In this document: one piece after another, positions 36,214 to 46,487 of the stretch
How positions within the stretch are numbered: position 1 is the stretch's first letter
How the letters are laid out: each line of letters starts with the position of its first letter
DNA from: a virus
Lineage: Duplodnaviria > Caudoviricetes
Strand: one strand, 5' to 3'
Virus record (IMG/VR): IMGVR_UViG_3300017700_000166
Coordinates: 1 to 49,325 of that record
Length of the DNA: 49,325 nt
The notes under the pieces: model-generated
Told to the model about the DNA's origin: nothing
The model's database searches: none
The model's input: only the letters and a program-made list of their open reading frames with translations
Program-made: the position numbers and the translations under genes

Positions 36214-39200
36214 TGAATGAATTTGCATACGGCGATGCGGCCCCTGAGACTGAAGACAATGGTCTCAGCTATGGTGAACCGAACGTAGCAGCGGCTCTGC
36301 CTGAGCCTATCCTCGATCAGAGGGCTGCCCGCGCTGACTTCGCGCTTGGAGACAAGTCCCCCGGCCATCAGGCTCTGAAGGATAGTTTTCGCTCCGGCAA
36401 CGAGGGTGTAGTACGCCAGCAGGCTGCTGCAAACGCCGATGCAGAGTTCCGTCAGGACAAGCTGAACGTCATCAAGGAAGTTGCTACGAAAGGCCCTGTC
36501 ACTGACAAAGAAGTCAACGGGCTGATGGCTCTGGGTACGACCCCTGAGGCCAATCCGAGCACTGTCTTCGAGGACAAGTTCGCTAAGAACATCGTTAACT
36601 TCGGTGTCGTCGGCGATCCGGCTAAGAACCTCGTCTTCCAGACGGCGTTTGACACCCATCCCGAGGAGACCCAGACCGGTATCACTGCCGCTAAGGGCGT
36701 TGTCTCCCGTAAGAACCAAGCCGTATCGATCCTCGAAGAAGCCAAGGCTGCTTACACTAACGTGCCTTGGGTCAATACCTCCGAGGAAGGCAAGAACCAG
36801 CAGGACAAGCTGGGTGACCTTTTCACGTCCGTTCTGTCTGGCGGTATCGCTACCTACGTCAATCAGCGTAACCTCCTGAACGACACCCGAAGCAACGCCA
36901 TCCTTCCGGGCAGCAACAAGCTCGAACAAATCCAGTATCTTTACCTTCTGCCTCACTCTGAGTTTAAGCCCGCTTTGATGGCTGCTGCTGGTCCCGGATC
37001 GGACCTCTGGAAGAAGTCTCCCGGCGACGCCATGAACTTCATCGAGAGTGCCGTCCAGTTCAGTACGTCAGACAGCTACGTAGATAACGTCTTTGGCGTC
37101 GTCAACGTTGCTTCGGTTCTCCCGGTTGGTACGGCCATTAAACTGGCTACGAGCTTCCGTGGGGGCAAGTCCGTCGCTGCGGGTGTCCAGTCCTTGGACA
37201 AGGCCCTAGCCGAGGCGCAGAGCGTCCTAGGGGCGTCTTCAGTACCTCCGGTGACTCCGGGTGCCCGCGCTACCCAGACCGCTCTGGACGTACTCTCTGA
37301 GAGTCCTGTGCCTGAGCAGAAGTTCTACGTTCCTAGCGCAGCTCTGTCTAAAGAGACGTACGTAGGTAGCAAGAACGCTGGCGAGACTGTTCCCCGTGAT
37401 GTCCGTACCGAGGTCGTAAATGGCAAGCCTAAAGTATATACTGACGACGGTATCGAAGTGGGTCTGTCGACCACGCCTGAGGTTGGCACTGTTCCGGTTA
37501 TCGTTGATAAGCCAACGGTACACGACCAGTTCACTACGAAGCAGGGAACGTTCAAGTACGCCGATGGCAAAGTCGAGTCGTTCCAAGACAGTCCCGTCAA
37601 CGGACTGAAGACTGTCTACACCGACAAAGCTGGATCACAGAAGCTTTCGCAGGCTCTTGACCCGGACAAGAACTTTACGATCCTTTCGGATGAAAAGGGT
37701 TACTTCGTAGGCGATCTCGACAAGGGCGGCAAGATGGTCCCCGGCAGTCGTGTCAAAGCCAAAGACACCCCGGCTGAGGGTTTGTACCCCGTCCATATCT
37801 CCGAAGGCAACGACCCTGTTAAGCTCGAACACTTTGGCGATCGGATCACCCGTGTCGAACGTGTCGAACAGCAGAACGTCCGCTTCGGCGACAAAATAGT
37901 TGCCCGAGAGGAAATGGAGAGCCGTGTAGCACTAGCTGATATTGTGAAGTCCCAAGCTGAGACGCATCCCGTGGATGTCCTCGCCAAGATGGGCCGTCAT
38001 GAAGAAGCCGCTACCGTGGCTGCCCAGACCAATCTGGCTAACCGTTTTGAACAGGTTGTTCAGTCCGGTGATGTCGAAGCCATCCGTAGGAATGTCCCTT
38101 CGTTGGCGTCCCCTCAGACCTTCTTCCATAACGCCTCAAGCTTGACTCGCGAGCGTGCTCAGCGATTAGCAGACGAGGCAGTGCGTGTATCGTCTGAGCT
38201 GGGCGCTGCGATTACCGATCCCACCCGTGTCGAGCGTCTCACCAAAGAGTCCTACGACCGGGCACTCAAGATCGCTAAGCAGAGTGTCAAAGATCGTTAC
38301 AACCGCGCCTCCGATGCTATCCTCGATCAGGAGAACCATTGGGACGCTGCTACCAATACTTATTTCGTTGAGACTAAGTTCGGTAAGAAGGACGGTACTC
38401 TCTTCGATAGTTCGGTTCAGGCTGAGCACTACAAGACGTTCCAGTACCGAATGGGTTCCTCTGCTGAGGTCCGCCAAGAAGGTAATCAGTTCTACATCTC
38501 CCATGTCCAGCACGCAGACGAAACCAAAGCTGCTGTCCGGGATGGTTTGATCGTAGCTGAGAATGAAACCCCTCGTGGGTTCTGGAATACTCTCGTCAAC
38601 ACCATTACCGGCAAGGTTCTGTCTCCGTTGACGTCGGGTGGAAGCATCCGAAGCTCTGCTTATACGACTAGCGAGTTTGCCCGTAACAACCGTGTCGTGG
38701 CTACCCATAGCCCGGCCATAATGAAGAAGGCAATCGAAGACACCGCTAAGGACATTGAAGCCCTTGGTGGTAAGTTCACTACTAATGAGCGTCACGAACT
38801 CCAGCAGATACTCGAACATAACCGTGACTTCATGGAGCCTACCGGCGAACGTGGCCAGTTCTACAAGTCAGCCTTTGAATTTGAAACTGCCTTCAATGCC
38901 AAGTTCGGTAAGATGCCTACCGAGAAGCAGATCGTTGCGTACGATCAGTTTACTCGATTGTCTGATCTGGATTGGGTTCTCCGTGAGCTGGATTGGCATC
39001 GTGACAAAGTCCGTCAGGGTATCCGTAACTACCGTCTGCCTTACAAAGGCACGGACGAACTCGGTATGCCTTCGACTGCCAAGACTGATTGGTTCGACGC
39101 TAAGAAGGTCGACAACTTCGATCCTGTTAATACGCAGGACGCTAACGTCTACATTCTCGCTGAGAACAAGTTTACTACGAAGTTCAAGCTGAAGAACCCT

Positions 39201-41813
39201 ACCGTCGATGAAGTCTCGATCAATGAAAAGATCAAGTCCGGCGAGTACCAAATCCTTCAGATCGCTAATCCCGGCGGCAAGCCTTTGAAGCAGGCCACTG
39301 GTATCAACGACAATATCCACTTTGTGGTTACTAACAAGTACGACGATCAGGCTTTGAAGTGGGGCACTAACTCGGAGTATCGTCCGGGCGGCCATGTCAT
39401 CTACCAAGACCAGCAGTTCATGAAGCAGCCTCAGATCGGTCCGGGAACCCTCGGCCGTGAGACGCACTTCGGGGATACGACTATCAAGTCTTTCCCTAAC
39501 ACTCGTGAAGGGCAGGCTTGGGTTGACAAGTACAATACGGCACGAATGCTTCTTAAGAACGGTGACGAAGCCGGTCTGAAGGCTTACATCGATGCCGGAC
39601 ATCTCCCTGAGACGCTGCCTGAGTTCAAGCAGTTGTTCACGGGTGGCGGAGCTAACCTTTCGGTTGACCATCCGTTCGTGCTGACTTCGACTGGCCGCAA
39701 TACCTTCGAGTCTTCTGAGGAATTGGCTCGCCAGTACCCCGGTCTAAAGGATACGTTCTCCAGCTACGATCTGACCCAGACCCAAGACAGTAAGTTCTTG
39801 GCTGAGCGGAACAAGCAGTTGAACACCATCGCCAACAAAGGCACCGAAGAGAACCCTATTTACGCTAACGTTCCTAGTCGACTGCTCGATCCTTATACTG
39901 CGTTGCAGAAGGGTGTCGCTCAGGTCGTCCGGGCACGTTGGATGGGGGACTACAAACTCCAAGCCGCTGAGTCGTGGATACAGGAGTTCGGTCTGCTCTT
40001 CGACCAGAGCAAGCTCCCGCTTGATAAGCTTCGCCAGAACCCCGTGTACTGGTTGAGCCATGCCGAGGGAAATCTCATGACTGCGGCTGCTAAGACAAAT
40101 CCTGAGTTGTATCAGGCTGCGTTGACTAGTCGCCGCAACATCCTCCAGTTCATTGGTGCCCGCGACGAAGTAGGCGCCATCATGGAGGGTCTTGAGAAGA
40201 AGATTATCTCTGGTATCGAGAGCATTGCTGGTGGTAAGATTGCCACGAAGGCTGAAGAGACTTGGCTTCCGATGATTAAGGAGGCTCCTGCCTACGCTCG
40301 GGCTGGCGCGTTCCACAGTATTATTGGTATGTTCAATCCTGTTCAGCTATTCCAGCAGGCTCAGGGTCTAACCCATGTCCTTTCCCTGTCTCCGCTCAAC
40401 GGACTCAAGGGTACAACGGCCTCGGCTCTGGCTCGTATCTACCGTTACACCGAGGACGAGAAAATCCTTGGCAGTATGGCAGACAAAGCCGCTGCGATGG
40501 GTTGGAACCGTGACCACTTCATGGAAGCTTGGTCTGCTTGGAAGAACTCAGGCACCCATATCATCGGCGGTGAAGTCTCGCTGCTGTCTGACGTTGGTGA
40601 TCCTAAGATCTTCACTGGCGCAGGCAAGTCCTTCTTGGACAAAGGCCAGATGTTCTTCAAGGCTGGTGAGTCGATCGTCCGTGATACGAGTTACTTCACG
40701 GCTTACGCTGACTGGCGTGCGGCCAATCCTACGGCAGTCCTTGATAACCGAGCCATGGGTGACATCGCACGTCGCTTTGACACTCTCGGTATGAACATGA
40801 CCCGTGCGTCTAATGCGTCGTACAACGAAGGTATGTTGTCTCCTGTTACCCAGTTCTGGACTTGGAACGCTCGTTTCACTGAACAGATGATCGGCAAGCA
40901 GTTGACCATGGGTGAGAAAGCCCGTGCCTTTGCGATGTACTCGACGATGTACGGTGTTCCTGCTACGCTCGGCGGTATCACGTTTGGCGTTGTCCCGTAT
41001 GCTAACTACGGAGACATCAGACAGTACGCCCTGACCAACAGTATCAACGTCTCAGATAAGTTCTACAAGGTCTTCTCTGAGGGTCTTCCGGCTATGATTA
41101 CTAATGCGATCACCGGGCGTGATACTGACTTCCAGAGGTTTGCTCCGAACGCTACTCAGTTGTCGGACATCATCCAAGGCAAGAAGGGCGCTCTAGAAGT
41201 CCTAGGCGGTGCCTCGGGCGGCTTCGTCGCTAAGGTCTACGCGAGCACCCAACCGTTTACGGCTTACGCCATGGACGCTCTCAAGGGCGATGCTCCCTAC
41301 CCGTTGAAAATGAACGACTGGTTGGGGTTGGCTGAGAACCTCTCGGGCTTCAACAACATGGAACGCATGGTCATCGGTCTTAATACTGGTAAGTTCATCA
41401 GTAAGACTGAGATGGTACAGACGGATGTTGATACGTTCGACTCTGTGATGCTGAGCCTAGGTCTTAATCCCAAGTCAGTAGGAGACACCTACCAGAAGCT
41501 GGACTACATGAAAGCCCTTAAGACTACCCAAGACAAAGCTGAGAAGCTGATCCTTGAGCAGTACAAGCTGGGCTTTGCAGCGGCTGGGCGAGGTGACTAC
41601 CAGTCCATGACGGATTACATGACCCGCGTCAAAACGTTGAGTGTTGGTGCTAACTTCACCAAGGCACGAGAAGTAGACATCTTCAAGAAGGCTACCGGCA
41701 ATAACGACTCTCTGGTCGATAGTGTCGAAAAGAACTTCGCGAAGAACCTGCCGCAACTCCAGAGTGTACCCGCTATGAAGCAGTACCTTGATATGAAACA
41801 GAAGGCTAAATAA
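36213..41813 (+). CDS. Large internal virion (ejection) protein, 1866 aa
   Basis: Size, position, C-terminal ..QF...RF.E and hydrophobic segments. Confidence 0.8.
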   Translation: MNEFAYGDAAPETEDNGLSYGEPNVAAALPEPILDQRAARADFALGDKSPGHQALKDSFRSGNEGVVRQQAAANADAEFRQDKLNVIKEVATKGPVTDKEVNGLMALGTTPEANPSTVFEDKFAKNIVNFGVVGDPAKNLVFQTAFDTHPEETQTGITAAKGVVSRKNQAVSILEEAKAAYTNVPWVNTSEEGKNQQDKLGDLFTSVLSGGIATYVNQRNLLNDTRSNAILPGSNKLEQIQYLYLLPHSEFKPALMAAAGPGSDLWKKSPGDAMNFIESAVQFSTSDSYVDNVFGVVNVASVLPVGTAIKLATSFRGGKSVAAGVQSLDKALAEAQSVLGASSVPPVTPGARATQTALDVLSESPVPEQKFYVPSAALSKETYVGSKNAGETVPRDVRTEVVNGKPKVYTDDGIEVGLSTTPEVGTVPVIVDKPTVHDQFTTKQGTFKYADGKVESFQDSPVNGLKTVYTDKAGSQKLSQALDPDKNFTILSDEKGYFVGDLDKGGKMVPGSRVKAKDTPAEGLYPVHISEGNDPVKLEHFGDRITRVERVEQQNVRFGDKIVAREEMESRVALADIVKSQAETHPVDVLAKMGRHEEAATVAAQTNLANRFEQVVQSGDVEAIRRNVPSLASPQTFFHNASSLTRERAQRLADEAVRVSSELGAAITDPTRVERLTKESYDRALKIAKQSVKDRYNRASDAILDQENHWDAATNTYFVETKFGKKDGTLFDSSVQAEHYKTFQYRMGSSAEVRQEGNQFYISHVQHADETKAAVRDGLIVAENETPRGFWNTLVNTITGKVLSPLTSGGSIRSSAYTTSEFARNNRVVATHSPAIMKKAIEDTAKDIEALGGKFTTNERHELQQILEHNRDFMEPTGERGQFYKSAFEFETAFNAKFGKMPTEKQIVAYDQFTRLSDLDWVLRELDWHRDKVRQGIRNYRLPYKGTDELGMPSTAKTDWFDAKKVDNFDPVNTQDANVYILAENKFTTKFKLKNPTVDEVSINEKIKSGEYQILQIANPGGKPLKQATGINDNIHFVVTNKYDDQALKWGTNSEYRPGGHVIYQDQQFMKQPQIGPGTLGRETHFGDTTIKSFPNTREGQAWVDKYNTARMLLKNGDEAGLKAYIDAGHLPETLPEFKQLFTGGGANLSVDHPFVLTSTGRNTFESSEELARQYPGLKDTFSSYDLTQTQDSKFLAERNKQLNTIANKGTEENPIYANVPSRLLDPYTALQKGVAQVVRARWMGDYKLQAAESWIQEFGLLFDQSKLPLDKLRQNPVYWLSHAEGNLMTAAAKTNPELYQAALTSRRNILQFIGARDEVGAIMEGLEKKIISGIESIAGGKIATKAEETWLPMIKEAPAYARAGAFHSIIGMFNPVQLFQQAQGLTHVLSLSPLNGLKGTTASALARIYRYTEDEKILGSMADKAAAMGWNRDHFMEAWSAWKNSGTHIIGGEVSLLSDVGDPKIFTGAGKSFLDKGQMFFKAGESIVRDTSYFTAYADWRAANPTAVLDNRAMGDIARRFDTLGMNMTRASNASYNEGMLSPVTQFWTWNARFTEQMIGKQLTMGEKARAFAMYSTMYGVPATLGGITFGVVPYANYGDIRQYALTNSINVSDKFYKVFSEGLPAMITNAITGRDTDFQRFAPNATQLSDIIQGKKGALEVLGGASGGFVAKVYASTQPFTAYAMDALKGDAPYPLKMNDWLGLAENLSGFNNMERMVIGLNTGKFISKTEMVQTDVDTFDSVMLSLGLNPKSVGDTYQKLDYMKALKTTQDKAEKLILEQYKLGFAAAGRGDYQSMTDYMTRVKTLSVGANFTKAREVDIFKKATGNNDSLVDSVEKNFAKNLPQLQSVPAMKQYLDMKQKAK

Positions 41814-43888
41814 TGGCTGTTAATAGTCTTAATCCCGGCGTCCAGAAGACTAACGACCCTACGTACCTTGGGAGTTCTCAGGGTACGGACCGGGCAAGTC
41901 TCCAGCCTCTGGCTAGTGTTCCGGACTTGTCTACGAAGACGATTACCCCGGACTTCAAGCCTAATACGACTACCGGTACTGCAATCAAAGGCTTAGGTGA
42001 TTTAGGCTCCGCGGCCCTGTCACTCACCGATGCTGTGATCCAGCAAAAAGCCACAGATACCCTCCGTAAGGGTATTGACGACATCAGAGATGGTTTCGGT
42101 GTGGCTCAGGCTGCTGACCAGTCGTCGGGTATTGCTCGGGCTGTTGGCGCTGGTGGTGCTGAAGGTGTCTCCCTTCAGACTGCTGACGCCTCAGCCAACC
42201 AGCCCATCGCGATTAACCGCTTAGGCAACCGTGTCGAGGGGCTGACTGAGAGTTATAAGCAAGGCGGTCTAAGCAACTCCGCTTACTACGCCAAGCTCGA
42301 AGCCTACGTCCGTGAGGTTAAAGCTCAGTTCCCCGGCTACGGCGAGATCATTGACCAGAAGGTCAGTAACATCGTCGGCACCACCCCGGCTAACGCCCTC
42401 AGGCAGTCTCTGCTTCAGGATGTCACTGCTCTTCAGACGAAGGTCGCCGGACAAAACGATAAGTGGACGGCGTACGAGAACAATAACGCCCAGTACATCT
42501 TCAAGCAGTGGCCGAACTACGAGGCAGACAAAGCCAATGGTCGTGCCCCCGATCAGGCTACCGTCCGTCAGGTTGTTGGTCGTATGCAGGCTCGGGATTA
42601 CACTTATAAGTCTGACGACGCAGCTATTGCTAACCAGACTGCTAACATTGGTCTGGCTCGGCAGAACTCCGAGAGCACTGTAGTCCAACGGGCTGCGGAT
42701 CTTGCTAGTTCACTTAGTGTTGCGACGACCAATACGATGGGTCTGAAGTCTCCGCAGGACTTCCAGCAGTTGTTTCAGGATGTCGCCTCAGGCACCCGTA
42801 AGCCGCTTTCTCCCGAAGAAAAGGCTCAGGTCACGGCTAGCTTCGCTGTTATGAAGCAGCAGTACGGCATTCAGTTCGACAAGATGGTCAACTCCCCTCT
42901 GACTGAGGGATCGACTATGACCCATGCTGCGTTGATTGCAGACCCGAACAAAATCACGGCTATCCGCACCAAGGGCATGCAGCATATTGCAGACCTTGAA
43001 GACGGATTAGTCAACGAGAAGTACGGCCTCCTAGCTGCTACTGCGAACTTTAACAAAGCCTCAGACGAAGCTGCTGAGAACTCGCTGATCCGTAGCGACA
43101 AGAACGCTGCGCTGATTGGTGCTGCTCGTAAGAAGCTTGGAGATCAGGGGCTGCTCACCCTGTATACTCAGTCTCCGCAGATGATTAGCTCTAGCCTTGA
43201 GGGTCTCCGTCAGGCCGGTTGGGTGGACATGACCTCAGACGGTACGGCTGTTAAGACCACTCTGGACAAGCTCAAGAAGGAGTCGAACAACGATGGCAGT
43301 CTGATTAAGACCCATCTCAACGACGCCAAGTCCGCTATTGTCAATCCAGAGAAGTTCGACGATCCGACGAGCGCTAAGAAGGCTGTGAATTATTTGTTTG
43401 GGGAGGGTAACCGAACCCTTATCGATGGGTTCCAGAGCAAGACGCAGGTTGCTGTCTTCACTGATCTGGGTAGTCCGACTGTTACCAAAGCCATCTCTAA
43501 GATGGACAAGGAGTCTCAGACTAAGTACACGACCTTCATGGAAGATGGCTTTGCCTCGGTCTTCAACAACCAAGCCGATAACATCAACCAGACGGCTGAG
43601 AATTACAAGATCAATGGCAATCTCAAGCTTGTCTACGATCCTGATAAAATTGCGTTCAGGTACGAGTCAGGTTCTGGAGGTGCCGCAGGGATTACTCAGG
43701 CCGCTAACTCGAAGCTCCAAGGGTTCAATACCGCGCTTGGAACTATGAAGGACGTCTGGGCCTTGAGTAAGAAAGACTCACTTAGTGAGGTCTACCGGCT
43801 GCTCCCGGTCGTGGGTGTCGAAGGAGGTTCACCCCTCTTCAAGGCAGTCCAAGACCAGTATATGGCCAAGAATAAACCAGCGAACTAA
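41813..43888 (+). CDS. Internal virion protein, 691 aa
   Basis: Helical and A/Q-rich; last gene of the structural arm. Confidence 0.75.
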   Translation: MAVNSLNPGVQKTNDPTYLGSSQGTDRASLQPLASVPDLSTKTITPDFKPNTTTGTAIKGLGDLGSAALSLTDAVIQQKATDTLRKGIDDIRDGFGVAQAADQSSGIARAVGAGGAEGVSLQTADASANQPIAINRLGNRVEGLTESYKQGGLSNSAYYAKLEAYVREVKAQFPGYGEIIDQKVSNIVGTTPANALRQSLLQDVTALQTKVAGQNDKWTAYENNNAQYIFKQWPNYEADKANGRAPDQATVRQVVGRMQARDYTYKSDDAAIANQTANIGLARQNSESTVVQRAADLASSLSVATTNTMGLKSPQDFQQLFQDVASGTRKPLSPEEKAQVTASFAVMKQQYGIQFDKMVNSPLTEGSTMTHAALIADPNKITAIRTKGMQHIADLEDGLVNEKYGLLAATANFNKASDEAAENSLIRSDKNAALIGAARKKLGDQGLLTLYTQSPQMISSSLEGLRQAGWVDMTSDGTAVKTTLDKLKKESNNDGSLIKTHLNDAKSAIVNPEKFDDPTSAKKAVNYLFGEGNRTLIDGFQSKTQVAVFTDLGSPTVTKAISKMDKESQTKYTTFMEDGFASVFNNQADNINQTAENYKINGNLKLVYDPDKIAFRYESGSGGAAGITQAANSKLQGFNTALGTMKDVWALSKKDSLSEVYRLLPVVGVEGGSPLFKAVQDQYMAKNKPAN

Positions 43889-43892
43889 ACAG

Positions 43893-43945
43893 AAAAAGCC
43901 CCTTGTAAGAAGACCGGATTGGTCCTCCTGCAAGGGGCTTTTCTT
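43893..43945. terminator. Bidirectional terminator at the convergence of the two arms
   Basis: AAAAAGCCCCTTG...CAAGGGGCTTTTCTT. Confidence 0.9.
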
Positions 43946-44159
43946 ATAGGTGGTCACTCAGAGCTACTAGGACTGCCTCCCAATGCTCTTTCTTGTCGTA
44001 TACGACTTTCAACTCCTGATCTCGCAGGAGTATCTCAATCGTGTAATACTCTTCTCGGTAGCTAGACAACCCACGGTAATGCTTTCTCAGAAAGTGGATA
44101 TGCAACAATCCGTGGAAGTACAGCTTGAAGACGTCACTGTCTTCATTGACCGTAATCAT
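43944..44159 (-). CDS. Hypothetical protein
   Basis: ORF track; ends at the terminator. Confidence 0.7.
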   Translation of the reverse strand: MITVNEDSDVFKLYFHGLLHIHFLRKHYRGLSSYREEYYTIEILLRDQELKVVYDKKEHWEAVLVALSDHL

Positions 44160-44225
44160 GGGTATGCTGGCTTGTAGTACTTCATGTGAGTGTCATTGCA
44201 GACATCGTAGAGGTCGTCCCAGCCG

Positions 44226-44675
44226 TTACTTAGGTCTGTCGTCGGTACCTTTACCTCGGGACTCAAAGGCAATGAGGAAGAAGACATTGGTCGCGACGTG
44301 CCACAAGTGGGAATATCCAGTATCAGCATCATACGTTTCACCCGACCACCACGCTGCGAGGTGACGGTGGATCGCAGAGAACGGACGACTCCAATCCATT
44401 CCTTGCTCCCAGTTTCGGGCAGCATACTTTTTAGCTCCGTAGGCAAGGACTTGAGCAACTGCCGCCGGGCCTTCAGGGGGAATGAGATCGTAACGGGTTT
44501 TACCTTCATCGTACTTAACTCCCTGCTTAGTCAGATCATCGCCCGGTCGGAGACTCTCGGTAATAGTCAACACCGGAATGGGTTCATTAGGCTCGATAGA
44601 ACCTTTAATAGTCATAGCCAGATCGGCTAGTTGTTCGGCTGCGGAATCAATAAGACTAGGCATAAATGATTTCAT
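44226..44675 (-). CDS. dATP/dGTP diphosphohydrolase-like protein (DUF5664)
   Basis: GVKYD.GK.RYDLIP, YGAKKYA.RNW, RHL.AW..GE..D..TG..HL.H. Confidence 0.85.
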   Translation of the reverse strand: MKSFMPSLIDSAAEQLADLAMTIKGSIEPNEPIPVLTITESLRPGDDLTKQGVKYDEGKTRYDLIPPEGPAAVAQVLAYGAKKYAARNWEQGMDWSRPFSAIHRHLAAWWSGETYDADTGYSHLWHVATNVFFLIAFESRGKGTDDRPK

Positions 44676-45018
44676 ACTCCGGATAACGGGCTTGAATGGA
44701 AATAGCTACGGCGTGCTCGCCTCTTGCGCCAGCGGACTTCTCCCAGCCGGGCAGCATGTAGATGGCGTCAGCCTCGATGACCTTGGTGACATCCCAGAGG
44801 TAGGCGGCTCGGAAGTCCCAACCAGACTGCATAAGCTTCTGATCGTCTCCAGTTGAAAAAGACGCATCTGCTGTGACGTTAGCTTCGTTGTCCTTGGACG
44901 CCGGATTGAAGACAGTATCGAAGCCCAAAGTCTTGGCATACTCTGCCGCAGCAAAGAACGCCGGGAAGTTAAACTCAGGATAACCGGACATAGGACCGGC
45001 AATGTAAATCTTAGCCAT
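44656..45018 (-). CDS. DUF4406 / nucleoside deoxyribosyltransferase-like protein
   Basis: KIYIAGPMSG..EFNFPAF, NPA, DAIYMLPGWEKS.GA..E. Confidence 0.85.
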   Translation of the reverse strand: MAKIYIAGPMSGYPEFNFPAFFAAAEYAKTLGFDTVFNPASKDNEANVTADASFSTGDDQKLMQSGWDFRAAYLWDVTKVIEADAIYMLPGWEKSAGARGEHAVAISIQARYPEYEIIYA

Positions 45019-45267
45019 TCAGTAGACGTCTCCGTTCTCGGCAATCTTCTTGTCTTCGTAGGGAACTGCTACACGACGGTAGAACTCAAGCTTAGCGCCT
45101 TCGAGGGCGCCTACGATGTCGTTGATGGCTTGGTAGTTCGCGCCGTTATCTTTGAAGTAGTCCCGAAGATACAACGTAATACAGTAGTTCAACTCACCCG
45201 GTGTTTTCGGGTAATCTGTGTACGTAACACCTAGTTGGGTTCGTTGCTCTGGTTTGATATACGGCAT
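45019..45267 (-). CDS. Phage protein with MPYIK...GELNY motifs
   Basis: GELNY.IT, GALE.AKLEFYRR...PYED.K..ENGDV. Confidence 0.8.
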   Translation of the reverse strand: MPYIKPEQRTQLGVTYTDYPKTPGELNYCITLYLRDYFKDNGANYQAINDIVGALEGAKLEFYRRVAVPYEDKKIAENGDVY

Positions 45268-45692
45268 TAACGAAAAGCCTCCAATCCAAGCAGCATGTCT
45301 TCGTCTGACGTAAATACATCCGTAGCGAACTGGTGCATCACATCGTATCGCTCAGGTACTGCGTCAAAGAGAATGAAGCCCGGTTTACCAGTGCCAACGA
45401 AGTATCCAAGCTCCAGATGGCCACTTTTGCCTGCGGGCATAACCAGTACAGCCAAATCGCAGCGATCCAGATGATGCTTGTCAAACTGAAAAACATGGCG
45501 AGCAGCATAGCCGTAAAGTGCGTCTTTGTGCTGGCGACCACGTAGGTTCTCGTAGTCTCTCCACTTGTCGTCTGCTTCATGTCCTGCTCCGTACCAGTCA
45601 TCGAAGGCGTCCCATCCGTGTGCCCTCAGGAGGTTTCCAACCTGAGGGATTTTGTCGTTACGGAGACTACCAATGAGGTAGACTGACTTCAT
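45267..45692 (-). CDS. Nucleoside 2-deoxyribosyltransferase-like protein
   Basis: VYL.GS.RN, D...L..CD..VLV.PAGKSGHLELGY..G.GKP. Confidence 0.8.
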   Translation of the reverse strand: MKSVYLIGSLRNDKIPQVGNLLRAHGWDAFDDWYGAGHEADDKWRDYENLRGRQHKDALYGYAARHVFQFDKHHLDRCDLAVLVMPAGKSGHLELGYFVGTGKPGFILFDAVPERYDVMHQFATDVFTSDEDMLLGLEAFR

Positions 45693-45808
45693 TAGAACTT
45701 GCTCTTGACCCAGCCAATCGCGGCTGTGAAGTAAGCGTTAACGTACTGGAAGTTCTGGTAGTAGTACGTACCACCGACACCAATGATTACACCTAGAATT
45801 AAATTCAT
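45692..45808 (-). CDS. Small membrane protein (38 aa)
   Basis: MNLILGVIIGVGGTYYY...; coupled at both ends. Confidence 0.6.
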   Translation of the reverse strand: MNLILGVIIGVGGTYYYQNFQYVNAYFTAAIGWVKSKF

Positions 45809-46176
45809 TTTAGTCCCTTCTGAATAAACGGCAATAGCGCTGGATTAGCGATAAAGAGAGACACCAAGCCTGCGGAGATATTTTGGACAGCGTCTTCTTC
45901 TTTAGGTTTGTCTGGAAGACGACGTGATGTCCAGACAGCATGTAGGACTTCGTGGATGAACGTCTCGGTGACGTGTCTTAGGCTACTCCGGTTTACCATA
46001 GAGACTTCGATGACGTGTTTACCTGAGTGACACAGACCCCACGCTTCGTCTTCTGTATTAGGAACGAAGATACGCTCTTTGGTAAACCGAATAATCCAAG
46101 GCAGGCCGTCGATGTACAGTACCTCAGGTGCTGAGTTTAACCACCTAGCCCAGCGGTTCGCCTCTGCGTATGTCAT
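45805..46176 (-). CDS. HEXXH zincin-like metallopeptidase
   Basis: WGLC...I.V, TFIHEVLHA, EE..V. Confidence 0.7.
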   Translation of the reverse strand: MTYAEANRWARWLNSAPEVLYIDGLPWIIRFTKERIFVPNTEDEAWGLCHSGKHVIEVSMVNRSSLRHVTETFIHEVLHAVWTSRRLPDKPKEEDAVQNISAGLVSLFIANPALLPFIQKGLK

Positions 46177-46487
46177 TTACGTTTGGGCTGCTTCTTGCGG
46201 TTTGTCTCACGAGAGACGACACGGAGGTTAGACTTGGAGTTGTCATCAGAGCCGTTCTTACCGCCAAGAAACTTCTTATGATCTACTTCCTTGCCGTCGC
46301 CCTTGTGGACACGCCCTTCCTTCTCCATCATGGCACGAGCCTTGTTACGGGCTACGCGGTCCTTGACGTTCTCGGGGCGCTTCTGCCACTCGCCTTCCTT
46401 CTTGTAGTCTCGCTCTGGGTGCTTCTTCTTATAATTATCCGGCCACCTAGGTATGCTCGCCTCCTGTTGTTGCCCATCTCCGTCCAT
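46173..46487 (-). CDS. HNH-family protein (resident type); possible ATA start at 46454
   Basis: RDYKKE, R.ARNKAR, GDGKEVDH, SNLRVVS..TNR. Confidence 0.8.
   Translation of the reverse strand: MDGDGQQQEASIPRWPDNYKKKHPERDYKKEGEWQKRPENVKDRVARNKARAMMEKEGRVHKGDGKEVDHKKFLGGKNGSDDNSKSNLRVVSRETNRKKQPKRK

Noticed and set aside
36210-40316. Several 190-267-aa antisense ORFs in the giant virion gene
   Set aside because: Shadow ORFs without recognisable motifs or expression signals
44156-44509. 117-aa same-strand ORF overlapping DUF5664
   Set aside because: No motif, unlike the nested EndoVII; at most its last 25 or so codons may be a real mini-gene
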